Below, one piece after another: positions 18,393 through 27,276 of a DNA stretch of 64,000 nucleotides (positions are counted from its first letter, which is position 1; each line of letters starts with the position of its first letter). Origin of the DNA: a phage; NCBI GenBank assembly GCA_025677605.1, contig GCA_025677605.1_4110.1; one strand, written 5' to 3'. The notes beneath the pieces were generated by a model. It saw only the letters and a program-made list of their open reading frames with translations, was not told where the DNA came from and did no database searches. The position numbers and the translations under genes are program-made.

Positions 18393-19442
18393 TTATAATG
18401 ATCTATAGATTTGTATTAGTAGATTCTTGTCGAACATTGGAGAATCAATTTCCATGATTTGTTGTAAAACTATCTCATCAACTGATTCAGTACTTTCAAA
18501 GTGTTCACCTTCTTCCAAAAGTTCTTTGATACTTTGTTTACTTGTAACAACGTTAAACTCACGAATATTATAAAGTTTAGTAAAAGTATCACGAATAAAA
18601 CTAATCTCATCAGTTGTGATTGGAATATCAACCTGAACTTTCGAGATAGAGTTATCTTGTAAGTAATAACTTGGATCAGTTAGTAGCTCTGACAAAGTAA
18701 ATGTTCTGTATTTCGGTGCAGCATCCCATGATTTGAATGTTGGTTCTGAACCGTGTTCAAGAATCATAACACCTCTAGCATCATCCCATGTGTCTGAGAA
18801 GTTATGAGGGAAACAGTTACCAGTATAAATGACACGAGTTCCTTTGGATGTGAGTTTTGATTGTCGTTTATGGAAATGCCCACTAAAAACATACTCACAA
18901 CCACCAAAAGAACCTTCAGTCTCTTTGCCATGATCTGGCATTTCTACCATTTTGTTAAGCAAATATCCAGGTAATTCAAGATGACCAAATACATATTTGC
19001 TTTGTAATTTAGGTAGCATTTTGTATTCATCTTCAATCATAAATGGAATGAAAGTACAATCGTCGATTGTAGTAATTTCATTAATGAACTCGATGTTTTC
19101 ATAAACTTGTGCCATATTAATACTTGTAATATCGCGTTTGTTTTTATGATACATGTCATGGTTCCCAACTAAGAAGTAAACTTTATCAAAGTTGTCATTT
19201 AGTAATTGGAGAATTTGTAAACCATAGTTTAATGTTTGAATATTAATGTTGCTGCGGTTATGGAAGTAATCTCCCATAAACACACATACTTTAATACCTT
19301 TCTTTTTGGCTTCATCAATCATAAATTTAATGAAGTTCAAACAATCTTCGTTGTGCTGCTTACTGTTATTCTTTAATCCTAAATGAATATCAGTGAATGT
19401 AATTGCTTTATCAAATAGTGCCATCGTCATTTTTCCTTTCAA
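18393..19442 (-). CDS. Recombination nuclease subunit (gp47-like, SbcD/Mre11 family)
   Basis: Calcineurin-like phosphoesterase motifs: DIHLG, GDYFH, GNHD, GHxH (FSGHFHKRQ); immediately upstream of the gp46-like gene. Confidence 0.85.
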   Translation of the reverse strand: MKGKMTMALFDKAITFTDIHLGLKNNSKQHNEDCLNFIKFMIDEAKKKGIKVCVFMGDYFHNRSNINIQTLNYGLQILQLLNDNFDKVYFLVGNHDMYHKNKRDITSINMAQVYENIEFINEITTIDDCTFIPFMIEDEYKMLPKLQSKYVFGHLELPGYLLNKMVEMPDHGKETEGSFGGCEYVFSGHFHKRQSKLTSKGTRVIYTGNCFPHNFSDTWDDARGVMILEHGSEPTFKSWDAAPKYRTFTLSELLTDPSYYLQDNSISKVQVDIPITTDEISFIRDTFTKLYNIREFNVVTSKQSIKELLEEGEHFESTESVDEIVLQQIMEIDSPMFDKNLLIQIYRSL

Positions 19443-20295
19443 TCATATTCATTTCGATTTCAATCTGTCTTGTATGTGATGGTGTAAAACCATGCATCTC
19501 AAGAAGGTCGTCGCGAATGTTACGTACATTCTTCTCACTGTTCAAAATAGAACGGAAGCTATTGTTAACGAATGACGTATAGTATGAGAAAGGATTTAGT
19601 TGGACAGCGGGTTTATCTTTCTTATACAAGATACTCTCTTTAAAGAGAAGTGCATTTTTAACTAATTGTATTCTAGCATCACCCATCATTTCATCCAAAT
19701 ACGTATAATTTCTGTAGTTAGATTTGTGAGAGATCTCTTCTGCTAGTTTAATGAACATTTTACCGAGTTCATTTGTGATTTTACCATGTGTTAAGCAGAA
19801 ATCGCCATCTTCCAAGTCGCCTTTCCAATGTGAACGAACAACTTCATACAGAATACCTTCATTATCAACGATATAATGTTTAAATGGTTCAAAATTCACT
19901 CGTGTATCTGGTGGAATGTGCTCATCAGTGATAACTCGAATCACCACTTCATCCAGTGGTACATCATTTACGAATAGACCGTGCTCATCAGCATATTCCT
20001 TTGCTTTCTTAGCACTCATATTCTCTTTTTCGCGAACACTATCAAGCATTTCATTATTCAAACGTTTGATTCGTGCTGCTTTTGCCTTTTCAAGTAATTC
20101 TTCTGTGATTTCAGACTCATGAAACACAATATAATCATACATACCATAACTTTTATCCAAAAGCCAGCAGTATGATATCTTACTTTTATGTATTTCACGT
20201 AATAAGTCTGCGTTATTCAGATACTTCTTACGCTTCGGCTTGTTTATCATTGTAACTCTCCATGTAATGACCAATAGGCACAATCCGTGTGCCAT
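19411..20295 (-). CDS. Late-transcription sigma factor (gp55-like) with internal insertion; probable start Met at 20250 (MINKPK)
   Basis: N-terminus INKPKRKKYLNNADLLREI vs T4 gp55 TKPKYNYVNNKELLQAI; core LGKMFIKLAEEIS...NYTYLDEMMGDA...NPFSYYTSFVNNSF vs T4 IGLAIMLIAEGLS...SGYTQSWKQEMIADG...NPHAYITQACFNAF (from memory). Confidence 0.7.
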   Translation of the reverse strand: MAHGLCLLVITWRVTMINKPKRKKYLNNADLLREIHKSKISYCWLLDKSYGMYDYIVFHESEITEELLEKAKAARIKRLNNEMLDSVREKENMSAKKAKEYADEHGLFVNDVPLDEVVIRVITDEHIPPDTRVNFEPFKHYIVDNEGILYEVVRSHWKGDLEDGDFCLTHGKITNELGKMFIKLAEEISHKSNYRNYTYLDEMMGDARIQLVKNALLFKESILYKKDKPAVQLNPFSYYTSFVNNSFRSILNSEKNVRNIRDDLLEMHGFTPSHTRQIEIEMNMIERKNDDGTI

Positions 20296-20302
20296 CGCTA
20301 AT

Positions 20303-20330
20303 ATTATAGCACTAAAATCAGCTTTGTCCC
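20303..20330 (-). promoter_or_regulatory. sigma70-like promoter for the gp55-gp47-gp46 operon
   Basis: Minus-strand GGGACA-16-TATAAT followed by a 5'-UTR hairpin GGCACAcggatTGTGCC and a GGAG RBS. Confidence 0.45.
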
Positions 20331-20333
20331 ACC

Positions 20334-20341
20334 TATAAATA
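20334..20341 (+). promoter_or_regulatory. Candidate late promoter (TATAAATA) for the baseplate operon
   Basis: Exact TATAAATA about 34 nt upstream of ATG 20375; divergent from the gp55 promoter. Confidence 0.5.
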
Positions 20342-20347
20342 CTTCAA

Positions 20348-21106
20348 ATGTTTCCTTGTAATGGAGTAACACAAATGATTGATCGTCGAATCCGACTAAG
20401 ACCTAAAGCCGCTGGTGCTAACTATGTGTATGGGGATTTTGGTGACGGAGCCAACCCAACACTACTATCGTTTTTGCGTCCAACCAATGGTTTGGTATGG
20501 ACCGTAACGCCAACAATCACTGAACAAAGAAGTATTCAGTATGAAACACAGTCTCCTGTGCATTCAAATAGTAACTATAACAACTATAAAAATACAAGTA
20601 ATACTATTTTCACGATACAAGGTGAATTTTATGCAAATACTGCTGCTGAAGCTCTATACACTTTAGCATGTATGCATTTTATTCGCTCTGTATCATTGAT
20701 GGATTTTGGTAGAAAAGCTGCATCAGCTAATAACCCCGATTTAGCTGTTCCTGGTGCACCACCACCAATCCTATTACTAAGTGGGTATGGTCGTTATACA
20801 TATAATGATATTCCTGTAGTAATGAAATCATATAATTTTACCTATCCAAATGATGTTTCTTATATTCAAGTACCATTGGATAGTAGTAACAGTACTTTTA
20901 ATTTGTCCGATATGGATAGTAGACAATTTTTTGAACAATTAAGAAGTTCTGGGTACATGAATCCACAAGATGAAGTGTGGGTTCCACAAAAGATATCGGT
21001 AACTATTCAATTAGAAGAGCAACCAACATCAGAATTTATGACTAAGAAGTTTAATCTTAACGCATTTAAGCGTGGTGATATGCTTCGCAATGGAGGATTC
21101 ATTTAA
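20348..21106 (+). CDS. Virion structural protein (baseplate/tail); probable start at 20375 (MIDRR)
   Basis: 252-aa ORF heading the baseplate operon; conserved motif TAATGGAGTAACACA immediately precedes ATG 20375; stop overlaps next start (TAATG). Confidence 0.4.
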   Translation: MFPCNGVTQMIDRRIRLRPKAAGANYVYGDFGDGANPTLLSFLRPTNGLVWTVTPTITEQRSIQYETQSPVHSNSNYNNYKNTSNTIFTIQGEFYANTAAEALYTLACMHFIRSVSLMDFGRKAASANNPDLAVPGAPPPILLLSGYGRYTYNDIPVVMKSYNFTYPNDVSYIQVPLDSSNSTFNLSDMDSRQFFEQLRSSGYMNPQDEVWVPQKISVTIQLEEQPTSEFMTKKFNLNAFKRGDMLRNGGFI

Positions 21107-21420
21107 TGTCAAACTATAGTCAATATTCACCTTATGCAAAAGTTAAACAGACGTGGTATTTGGATTATACCTTACCTCGTGACATAATTCCAGCAGATAC
21201 TGATGATTTTTATGAAATACCTGCAAAGTACAACCACCAACCGTGGCGTTTAGCGTATGAAATGTATGGTAATGAGCGTTTATATTATGTATTCGCCTTA
21301 CTTAATCCTGATTTATTGGGTGAAGACCCGATTTACAACTTTCAAACTGGAATAACTATTAGAGTACCGTCAAGTCAACGCATTCAATCATACCTTAATG
21401 GTACACGCAGTGTAGGTTAA
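21106..21420 (+). CDS. Small baseplate wedge protein (gp53-like)
   Basis: LAYEMYGNERLYYVFALLNPDLLGEDPIYNF resembles the gp53 segment LANAIYGNPQLYWVLLMCNDNYDPYYGW (from memory); directly upstream of the hub gene region. Confidence 0.4.
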   Translation: MSNYSQYSPYAKVKQTWYLDYTLPRDIIPADTDDFYEIPAKYNHQPWRLAYEMYGNERLYYVFALLNPDLLGEDPIYNFQTGITIRVPSSQRIQSYLNGTRSVG

Positions 21421-21431
21421 TGGAGTAACAC

Positions 21432-23582
21432 ATGGATACTAAAATTGGACTAGACCCTAGTCAGAGTAACAAATATGGTGCTAAAGTAAGTAACGTACAA
21501 TCAAAACCAATTCAAAGCACACATACTGATAGAATTTATGACGATAAAAAGATTTCTGATTTTATTATTGACAATGAAAATGTTTTATTAAAATACAATT
21601 CAGCAACGTGGCACTTTACCTTGTTTGCCTTAGATAAAGATGACTTTAAGATGTTCTGGGAAAATCCAGATGCTGAAGTCCAACGTTATGTAATCACTGA
21701 AAGTGGCGTTACTGGTAAGTATAATATCACAAATGTTCAGATGACGCAAGCTGGTCCCTCAACTCCTGGTATGACAACAAACTATACATTTAATACTGCT
21801 TCAATAAGTATGTCAGAAAACAATAGTATGAGTTTTTACGATGAGTTGATATCATTAAGTAATAAACTTCGTTATCATAAATTTATGGATTTACCATTAA
21901 TCCTTGAACTAAAGTTCATTGGTTATAATGAAGATGGTGTTCCTCAAGTCATACCAAACACTACAAAACGTTGGTCAGTGAAGATTAACAACGTTAAAGC
22001 AAGTGCCAGTGCAACTGGTAGTACAATGTTATATACCATTAACTTAGTACACAATCGTGCTGCATTGGTTGATAACGTAGAATGGACATTAAAAGAAACA
22101 TTCTCATGTACTGCTGCACAATTTGGAGCATTTTGTTATGATTTGGAAGATAAGTTAAATGAAATGTCAGAACAACAGTATGGTTATTTGTGTATGAAAT
22201 TTCCAGAACTGGCAGAAGGTAAATTTTTTGAATTTAAAGTTGCACCTGAACTTGCTGATATGTTCATAAACTATGATTCTAAACAAATGACTGAAGTAAC
22301 TTCAACAAAAAATGGTTCACAGGGTTCTAAAAACTTTTCATGGAATCCAAGTACACCAATATCAAGAATAATTGATGATGTTATTGATGCATGTACTGTT
22401 CGTGAAGGTGATAGTACTAGCGTTCGTCAATTTGTTAATATAATCCCACTTAAACAATATGTTGGTTTTGATAATTTACGTAACACATCAGTATATAAAG
22501 TTATTTTTAATATTGTTCGTTTTCGTATTGGTGATGTTGTTCATGAATCCGATTTACAACCAGAAAACTTTAACTTCGAAACGTTCCTAGAAAACTCTGA
22601 ACGTTATCTTGACCCTAGAGATAATGAAGAAAAGTTAAGAATGAAAATATACAATTATCAATTCAGTGGATTGAATAATGAAATATTAGATTTGGATATG
22701 AATTTCGATCAGCAATTTTATGTAGCTACAACACGTAACCCAGGTCCAATACAAGACCAAGGTAACAGAAGTGGTACACATGCATCACAGGAATTAACCA
22801 TACAAGGGGTTCAATATAGTAACCCATTAGATGCGTGGAATAAGACTAGTGATATAAGAAAAGCACGAAGTAAAGGGGAAATTATAACACAAGCTCAAAC
22901 TGCATTACTAAATGAAGTAGATGAGCAATTAAAAAATGCGATGGGTGTGGGTAATCAAGAAGAACAAGATGCTTATATGAATTACAAAGTTCATGTCCTT
23001 CCTGAATACATTGAAGATTATCGTAGTGTATATGAAGAAAATGACATGGGTGCTGATGGAATTGGTGATCGTAGGGGTGAAATATTCACTATACCAACTG
23101 AAGCTACAAACAACCATACAACTTTATCGGCATCTGATAACGATAATAGTAGTACGTATGAAATGGACAGACGTAAAATACGCGACAACTATTATAACCG
23201 TCCATTTATGTGTAAGTTGGATATGCGTGTAATTGGTGACCCATATTGGTTGGGGTGGGGTGATCATGCATATCTTCAATATTTGGATATGTTGGTAAAT
23301 GGTGAAGCATTATATATAAATCCAGAGGATTTCAAATATGCAAATTATATTTCAACTGAAGCATATTTGTTATTGAAATTACAACCAGTTGTTTCTATTA
23401 ATGATAATACTGGTATTTTGGACATAACCACGCCAACCACATTCAACGAAACAATCTATCGCGTAAACAAAATAATTCATGATTTTGGTACAAACGGTAC
23501 TTTCACGCAACAAATTCAAGGTGCTATTGTCGCTCGTGCACTTAAACGTAAAGATAGTATAATAAACCCAGGTGGTGAGTAA
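21432..23582 (+). CDS. Baseplate structural protein (possibly hub-associated)
   Basis: 716-aa ORF, translationally coupled to the gp5-like gene (TAATG overlap); no motif recognised. Confidence 0.4.
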   Translation: MDTKIGLDPSQSNKYGAKVSNVQSKPIQSTHTDRIYDDKKISDFIIDNENVLLKYNSATWHFTLFALDKDDFKMFWENPDAEVQRYVITESGVTGKYNITNVQMTQAGPSTPGMTTNYTFNTASISMSENNSMSFYDELISLSNKLRYHKFMDLPLILELKFIGYNEDGVPQVIPNTTKRWSVKINNVKASASATGSTMLYTINLVHNRAALVDNVEWTLKETFSCTAAQFGAFCYDLEDKLNEMSEQQYGYLCMKFPELAEGKFFEFKVAPELADMFINYDSKQMTEVTSTKNGSQGSKNFSWNPSTPISRIIDDVIDACTVREGDSTSVRQFVNIIPLKQYVGFDNLRNTSVYKVIFNIVRFRIGDVVHESDLQPENFNFETFLENSERYLDPRDNEEKLRMKIYNYQFSGLNNEILDLDMNFDQQFYVATTRNPGPIQDQGNRSGTHASQELTIQGVQYSNPLDAWNKTSDIRKARSKGEIITQAQTALLNEVDEQLKNAMGVGNQEEQDAYMNYKVHVLPEYIEDYRSVYEENDMGADGIGDRRGEIFTIPTEATNNHTTLSASDNDNSSTYEMDRRKIRDNYYNRPFMCKLDMRVIGDPYWLGWGDHAYLQYLDMLVNGEALYINPEDFKYANYISTEAYLLLKLQPVVSINDNTGILDITTPTTFNETIYRVNKIIHDFGTNGTFTQQIQGAIVARALKRKDSIINPGGE

Positions 23583-26245
23583 TGGCAGATACAAGTAAAA
23601 AGTATGCAAAGGAACAGTTGGGTCGTTTTGACCCATCTTATCCACAATTAGCAACCGTTATGGATAACCGTGATCCTACGAAATCTGGTAAGCTAAAAGT
23701 ATGGATACAAGGTTCACAAAGTGATAAAAACTCTAAAGATTCATGGATTGAAGCTTCTTATATGGCTCCGTTTGCTGGCAAAACTCCAGGAATACCGAGT
23801 GCAGATAGTTATGGACAATATCCAAAGGGTTATGGTTTTTGGGCCGTTCCACCAGATGTGGGATGTACTGTTGTTGTTATTTTTGCACAAGCACGTACAT
23901 TCCAAGCTTACTGGATTGGATGTGTTTATGACCAACGTATGAATACAATGGTTCCTGGAATGGCAACTGCGGATACCAATTACAATGGTACTGATATGCC
24001 ATTACCAGTAACTGATTATGATCGTAACACAATCACAACTGACATGCAAGACAAATATATTAACGTTCCTGCTGTTGAAGGATTGAAAAAACAAAACTTA
24101 TTATACGATGATGAAGCAGGTGTTGCAAACCGTAGCAGTACTCGTCAAACAACCAGTACTGTATATGGTATGAGTACACCTCGTGGTAATAGTTTTATTC
24201 TTGATGATGGATATACCGAAGAAGAATTAACCAAACCAACATGGGATCAAGATCCTGATGGATATCAAGACACACAATTTAACAACCCAGTTAATGACAC
24301 GCGTGTTGGTTCCCGTAAGAATGAAGGTATTGTTATTAAAACACGTAGTGGTGCACAACTTCTTATTTCTGAAGCTACTGGTAATGTTTTATTAATTAAC
24401 CGCGACGGTACGGCTCGTATTAAATTCACTGGCGATGGTGATATTGAAATGCACTGTGATAAAAACATAAACATTCGTGCAGGTCAAGATATTAACATGG
24501 TTGCAGGTCGTTCTTATAATATTGAAAGTGGGCAAGACTTCAATACTCGTGTTGGTGGAAATACCAAACTGGAATTGGTCGGTAATTTGGATGCTAAGGT
24601 CAATGGTCAGGTTGTAATTAATTCTGGTGCTGATCTTCGTTTGGTTACTGGTGCTTCATTACGTCTTCAAAGTGGTAGCAGTACTGATATTACGGCTGGG
24701 TCAACTGCATCTATTAAAGGTTCATCCTCTGCAAACGTTATTGGTGGTTCATCCGTTAACATTAGTGGTGGTGGTCAAAACCTAACAGTTGATAGTTCAG
24801 GTAATAGTGGTAGTGCTGCATTCATGGCTCCTGACTTCAAAACTCCATCAGTGGGTCTTAATGACCACATTCATATGATTGCTAACTGGAAAGATGCAGA
24901 AAACCACGGTGATAGGGTTGATCCTGGTATAAGTGGTGGTGGTCAAGGTAGTACGACATCTCCGGTTGAACCACAACCAGCTAACGATGTTAAACCAACA
25001 CTAGCAGAACAACAAGAAACTGAAGCAGTTCAATTTGTAAACTATGCTCCAGAGACGAGTGAAGTTCAAACGCAAGATTTAATGGCGGCTGAGCCTGGAA
25101 TGACTGGTTATTCACAGACGTTTGAAGGTTTGCATATGCTTATGCCATGTAGTGGTACTATACGCCAGAATGGATATTGGGGTAAAGGTGTAACAACCGA
25201 AAATGGAACCAAGCGTGATAGTAGTGGGTGGGAAATTCAAGCCCGTGGTAGTGTGGTTGCACCAGACGGTGGTATTGTTGGTATCAGTGGTGATGCTATT
25301 ATTGTTGAGCATAAATCTGGTTATAAATCGGTTTTCTATGGTTTAACTTCTGACCTATTCAATAAAGATGTTGTTGAAAAAGGGCAAGTGATAGGAACTG
25401 CCAATGGAATACTTCGATTTGAAATAAGAGTTCGATCATCTAATATCTATGGTTTTAGTGGTTCAGTCGATCCTGGGTTATTCTACACAACTGTAACTGG
25501 TCAGGGTTCTGCTGCTGCGAATAAAACATTAATTGGGGGCCAACCATCAACACAAAATAATCCTAAAGATGTGGTCAGACCATCTGCTGATAGTGATGAA
25601 TTGGTAATATCAACTCGCATACGAACTATTGGAACTGGTTATTCACAACGTGGTTCTCGTCATGTTCCTCGTCGTAGAGAACGTAAGCCTCGAAATGCAG
25701 GAACCGCTCCAAAAGTTGAACAAAATTATAATGTAGGTAATGTTGATAAAACTGCCGTTGGATGGAAAGTTGCTCCGGGTGATTCCCAATTTATATCAGA
25801 ACTTAAAGAACACGAAGGTACTATCCAATATCAAACAGCACTTGGATATTTCAGAAATGGAAAATTCTGGCGTTATATTGATAGCCGTGGATTCCCTACA
25901 ATTGGATATGGACACCTTATTGTCGGAGGTGAAGATTTTTCTGGTGGTATAACTGAAGCAGAAGCTGAAGCAATGTTAGTACGAGACAGTACGCAAGCAA
26001 TTAATGATGCCAAATCAATATATGCGGCATGGGATTTAAAAACACCTGTTATTGCTCAACAAGTACTATGTCAAATGGTATTCCAAATGGGCAAATACAA
26101 AGTTCAAAAATTCAAAGGTATGCTTGGATGTTTAGCTAAAGGTGATTATCGTGGTGCTGCTGCTCATATACGTAGTTCAGCTTGGTATCGTCAAACAACT
26201 CGTCGTGCAGAGTTAATGGCACGTAGAATTGAGGCATGTCAATAA
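23582..26245 (+). CDS. Baseplate central spike/hub protein (gp5/VgrG-like) with M23/LytM-like and C-terminal T4-lysozyme-like domains
   Basis: N-terminus DNRDPTKSGKLKVWIQGS resembles gp5 OB-fold start (…DPKLSGRVRVRVVG…); repetitive beta-helix ~24540-24800; M23-like segment ~25170-25470; C-terminal 160 aa (YxDSxGxxTIGYGHL, MVFQMG, SAWYRQT) is T4-lysozyme-like. Confidence 0.75.
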   Translation: MADTSKKYAKEQLGRFDPSYPQLATVMDNRDPTKSGKLKVWIQGSQSDKNSKDSWIEASYMAPFAGKTPGIPSADSYGQYPKGYGFWAVPPDVGCTVVVIFAQARTFQAYWIGCVYDQRMNTMVPGMATADTNYNGTDMPLPVTDYDRNTITTDMQDKYINVPAVEGLKKQNLLYDDEAGVANRSSTRQTTSTVYGMSTPRGNSFILDDGYTEEELTKPTWDQDPDGYQDTQFNNPVNDTRVGSRKNEGIVIKTRSGAQLLISEATGNVLLINRDGTARIKFTGDGDIEMHCDKNINIRAGQDINMVAGRSYNIESGQDFNTRVGGNTKLELVGNLDAKVNGQVVINSGADLRLVTGASLRLQSGSSTDITAGSTASIKGSSSANVIGGSSVNISGGGQNLTVDSSGNSGSAAFMAPDFKTPSVGLNDHIHMIANWKDAENHGDRVDPGISGGGQGSTTSPVEPQPANDVKPTLAEQQETEAVQFVNYAPETSEVQTQDLMAAEPGMTGYSQTFEGLHMLMPCSGTIRQNGYWGKGVTTENGTKRDSSGWEIQARGSVVAPDGGIVGISGDAIIVEHKSGYKSVFYGLTSDLFNKDVVEKGQVIGTANGILRFEIRVRSSNIYGFSGSVDPGLFYTTVTGQGSAAANKTLIGGQPSTQNNPKDVVRPSADSDELVISTRIRTIGTGYSQRGSRHVPRRRERKPRNAGTAPKVEQNYNVGNVDKTAVGWKVAPGDSQFISELKEHEGTIQYQTALGYFRNGKFWRYIDSRGFPTIGYGHLIVGGEDFSGGITEAEAEAMLVRDSTQAINDAKSIYAAWDLKTPVIAQQVLCQMVFQMGKYKVQKFKGMLGCLAKGDYRGAAAHIRSSAWYRQTTRRAELMARRIEACQ

Positions 26246-26248
26246 ATA
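26241..26248 (+). promoter_or_regulatory. Candidate late promoter (AATAAATA) for endolysin gene
   Basis: ATAAATA core ~32 nt upstream of ATG 26280; a second copy at 26257-26264. Confidence 0.35.
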
Positions 26249-26279
26249 TTTTATCCAATAAATATTATAGGAGAAGTAT

Positions 26280-26768
26280 ATGAGTAAATGGGAAATTAAA
26301 CCTGATGATGCACAGTATTTGAAAGAAATTAAAGAGTTTGAAGGTACTATTGCTTTCCAAACTAAATTAGGTTATTTCAAGAATGGTAAATTCAGAGTTT
26401 ATAAAGATAGCCTAGGACTAGATACCATTGGATATGGTCACTTAGTACTAAAAGGTGAAAATTTCAGTGCAGGGCTAACGGAAGCTGAAGCTGAAGCATT
26501 ACTTCAAAAAGATTCCCTAAATGCATACAGAGAAGCAAAAGAGATTTACGATCAATTCGGAATGACTGCACCTATTCAAGTACAACGTGTACTTTGGATG
26601 ATGGTATTCCAAATGGGTAAATCTCGTGTATTGAACTTTAAGAAAGCAATGGCAGCATTGGGACGTGGTGATTATAAAACCGCTGGCAAAGAAATGCGTG
26701 ATTCCGCTTGGTATCGTCAAACAACTTCTCGTGCTGAAAAAATGGCAAGGATTGTTGAATCCGTATAA
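26280..26768 (+). CDS. Endolysin, T4 lysozyme (gene e)-like muramidase
   Basis: YKDSLGLDTIGYGHL, MVFQMGKSRV, DSAWYRQTTSRAEKMA match T4 lysozyme motifs (YKDTEGYYTIGIGHL, MVFQMGETGV, SRWYNQTPNRAKRV); catalytic Glu in EFEG context; 162 aa. Confidence 0.85.
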   Translation: MSKWEIKPDDAQYLKEIKEFEGTIAFQTKLGYFKNGKFRVYKDSLGLDTIGYGHLVLKGENFSAGLTEAEAEALLQKDSLNAYREAKEIYDQFGMTAPIQVQRVLWMMVFQMGKSRVLNFKKAMAALGRGDYKTAGKEMRDSAWYRQTTSRAEKMARIVESV

Positions 26769-26781
26769 ATGAGGAAAGTCT

Positions 26782-27177
26782 ATGGCAATAGTTTTTAAAG
26801 GTTTCTCTACTCCTGTTGTGGGTAAAACACAAACTCTGTATGATGCTGAGTTGGTGAGACAGGATTTGATGAACCACTTCAATACAAAGAAAGGTGAAAG
26901 AGCATTTGATGCTGATTATGGTTTCATTGCTTGGGATTTGATTTTTGAACTTGATGGTTATAATACAAAAAATCTTTTAGAAGCTGACGCTCGTAGAATT
27001 ATTTCATTAGACCCACGTTTGAATTTAAAAAATCTAACAGTTAGTAATGTTGAATATGGTTATCGTTTGGATATAATTTTAGAGTATGTAATGCTTGATA
27101 AATTAGAACAACTAACTATAGTGTTTGATGCCAGAAGTAATAATAGAATGGCGACATTCACAACATCTAAATTATAA
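26782..27177 (+). CDS. Baseplate wedge protein (gp25-like)
   Basis: 131 aa (T4 gp25 is 132 aa); KGERAFDADYGFIAWDLIFE vs T4 gp25 KGSRPFDPEFGCDLSDQLFE (from memory). Confidence 0.75.
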   Translation: MAIVFKGFSTPVVGKTQTLYDAELVRQDLMNHFNTKKGERAFDADYGFIAWDLIFELDGYNTKNLLEADARRIISLDPRLNLKNLTVSNVEYGYRLDIILEYVMLDKLEQLTIVFDARSNNRMATFTTSKL

Positions 27178-27183
27178 TTTACT

Positions 27184-27210
27184 AAGCACTCTTCGGAGTG
27201 CTTTTCTTTT
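27184..27210 (+). terminator. Rho-independent terminator after gp25-like gene
   Basis: AAGCACTC-TTCG-GAGTGCTT (8-bp stem, UUCG loop) + TTCTTTTGG. Confidence 0.6.
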
Positions 27211-27211
27211 G

Positions 27212-27219
27212 GATAAATA
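27212..27219 (+). promoter_or_regulatory. Candidate late promoter (GATAAATA) for gp6-like gene
   Basis: ATAAATA core ~58 nt upstream of ATG 27277, followed by TTTCAGTACTG element. Confidence 0.35.
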
Positions 27220-27276
27220 TTTCTATATAAAATTTCAGTACTGACCCAGTACTTTATTGGCTTAAAGGATTAATAA

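Noticed and set aside
26517-26882. Minus-strand ORFs 26517-26882 and 26638-26877 overlapping the endolysin and gp25-like genes
   Set aside because: Antisense to two well-supported plus-strand genes; Cys/His-rich junk translation
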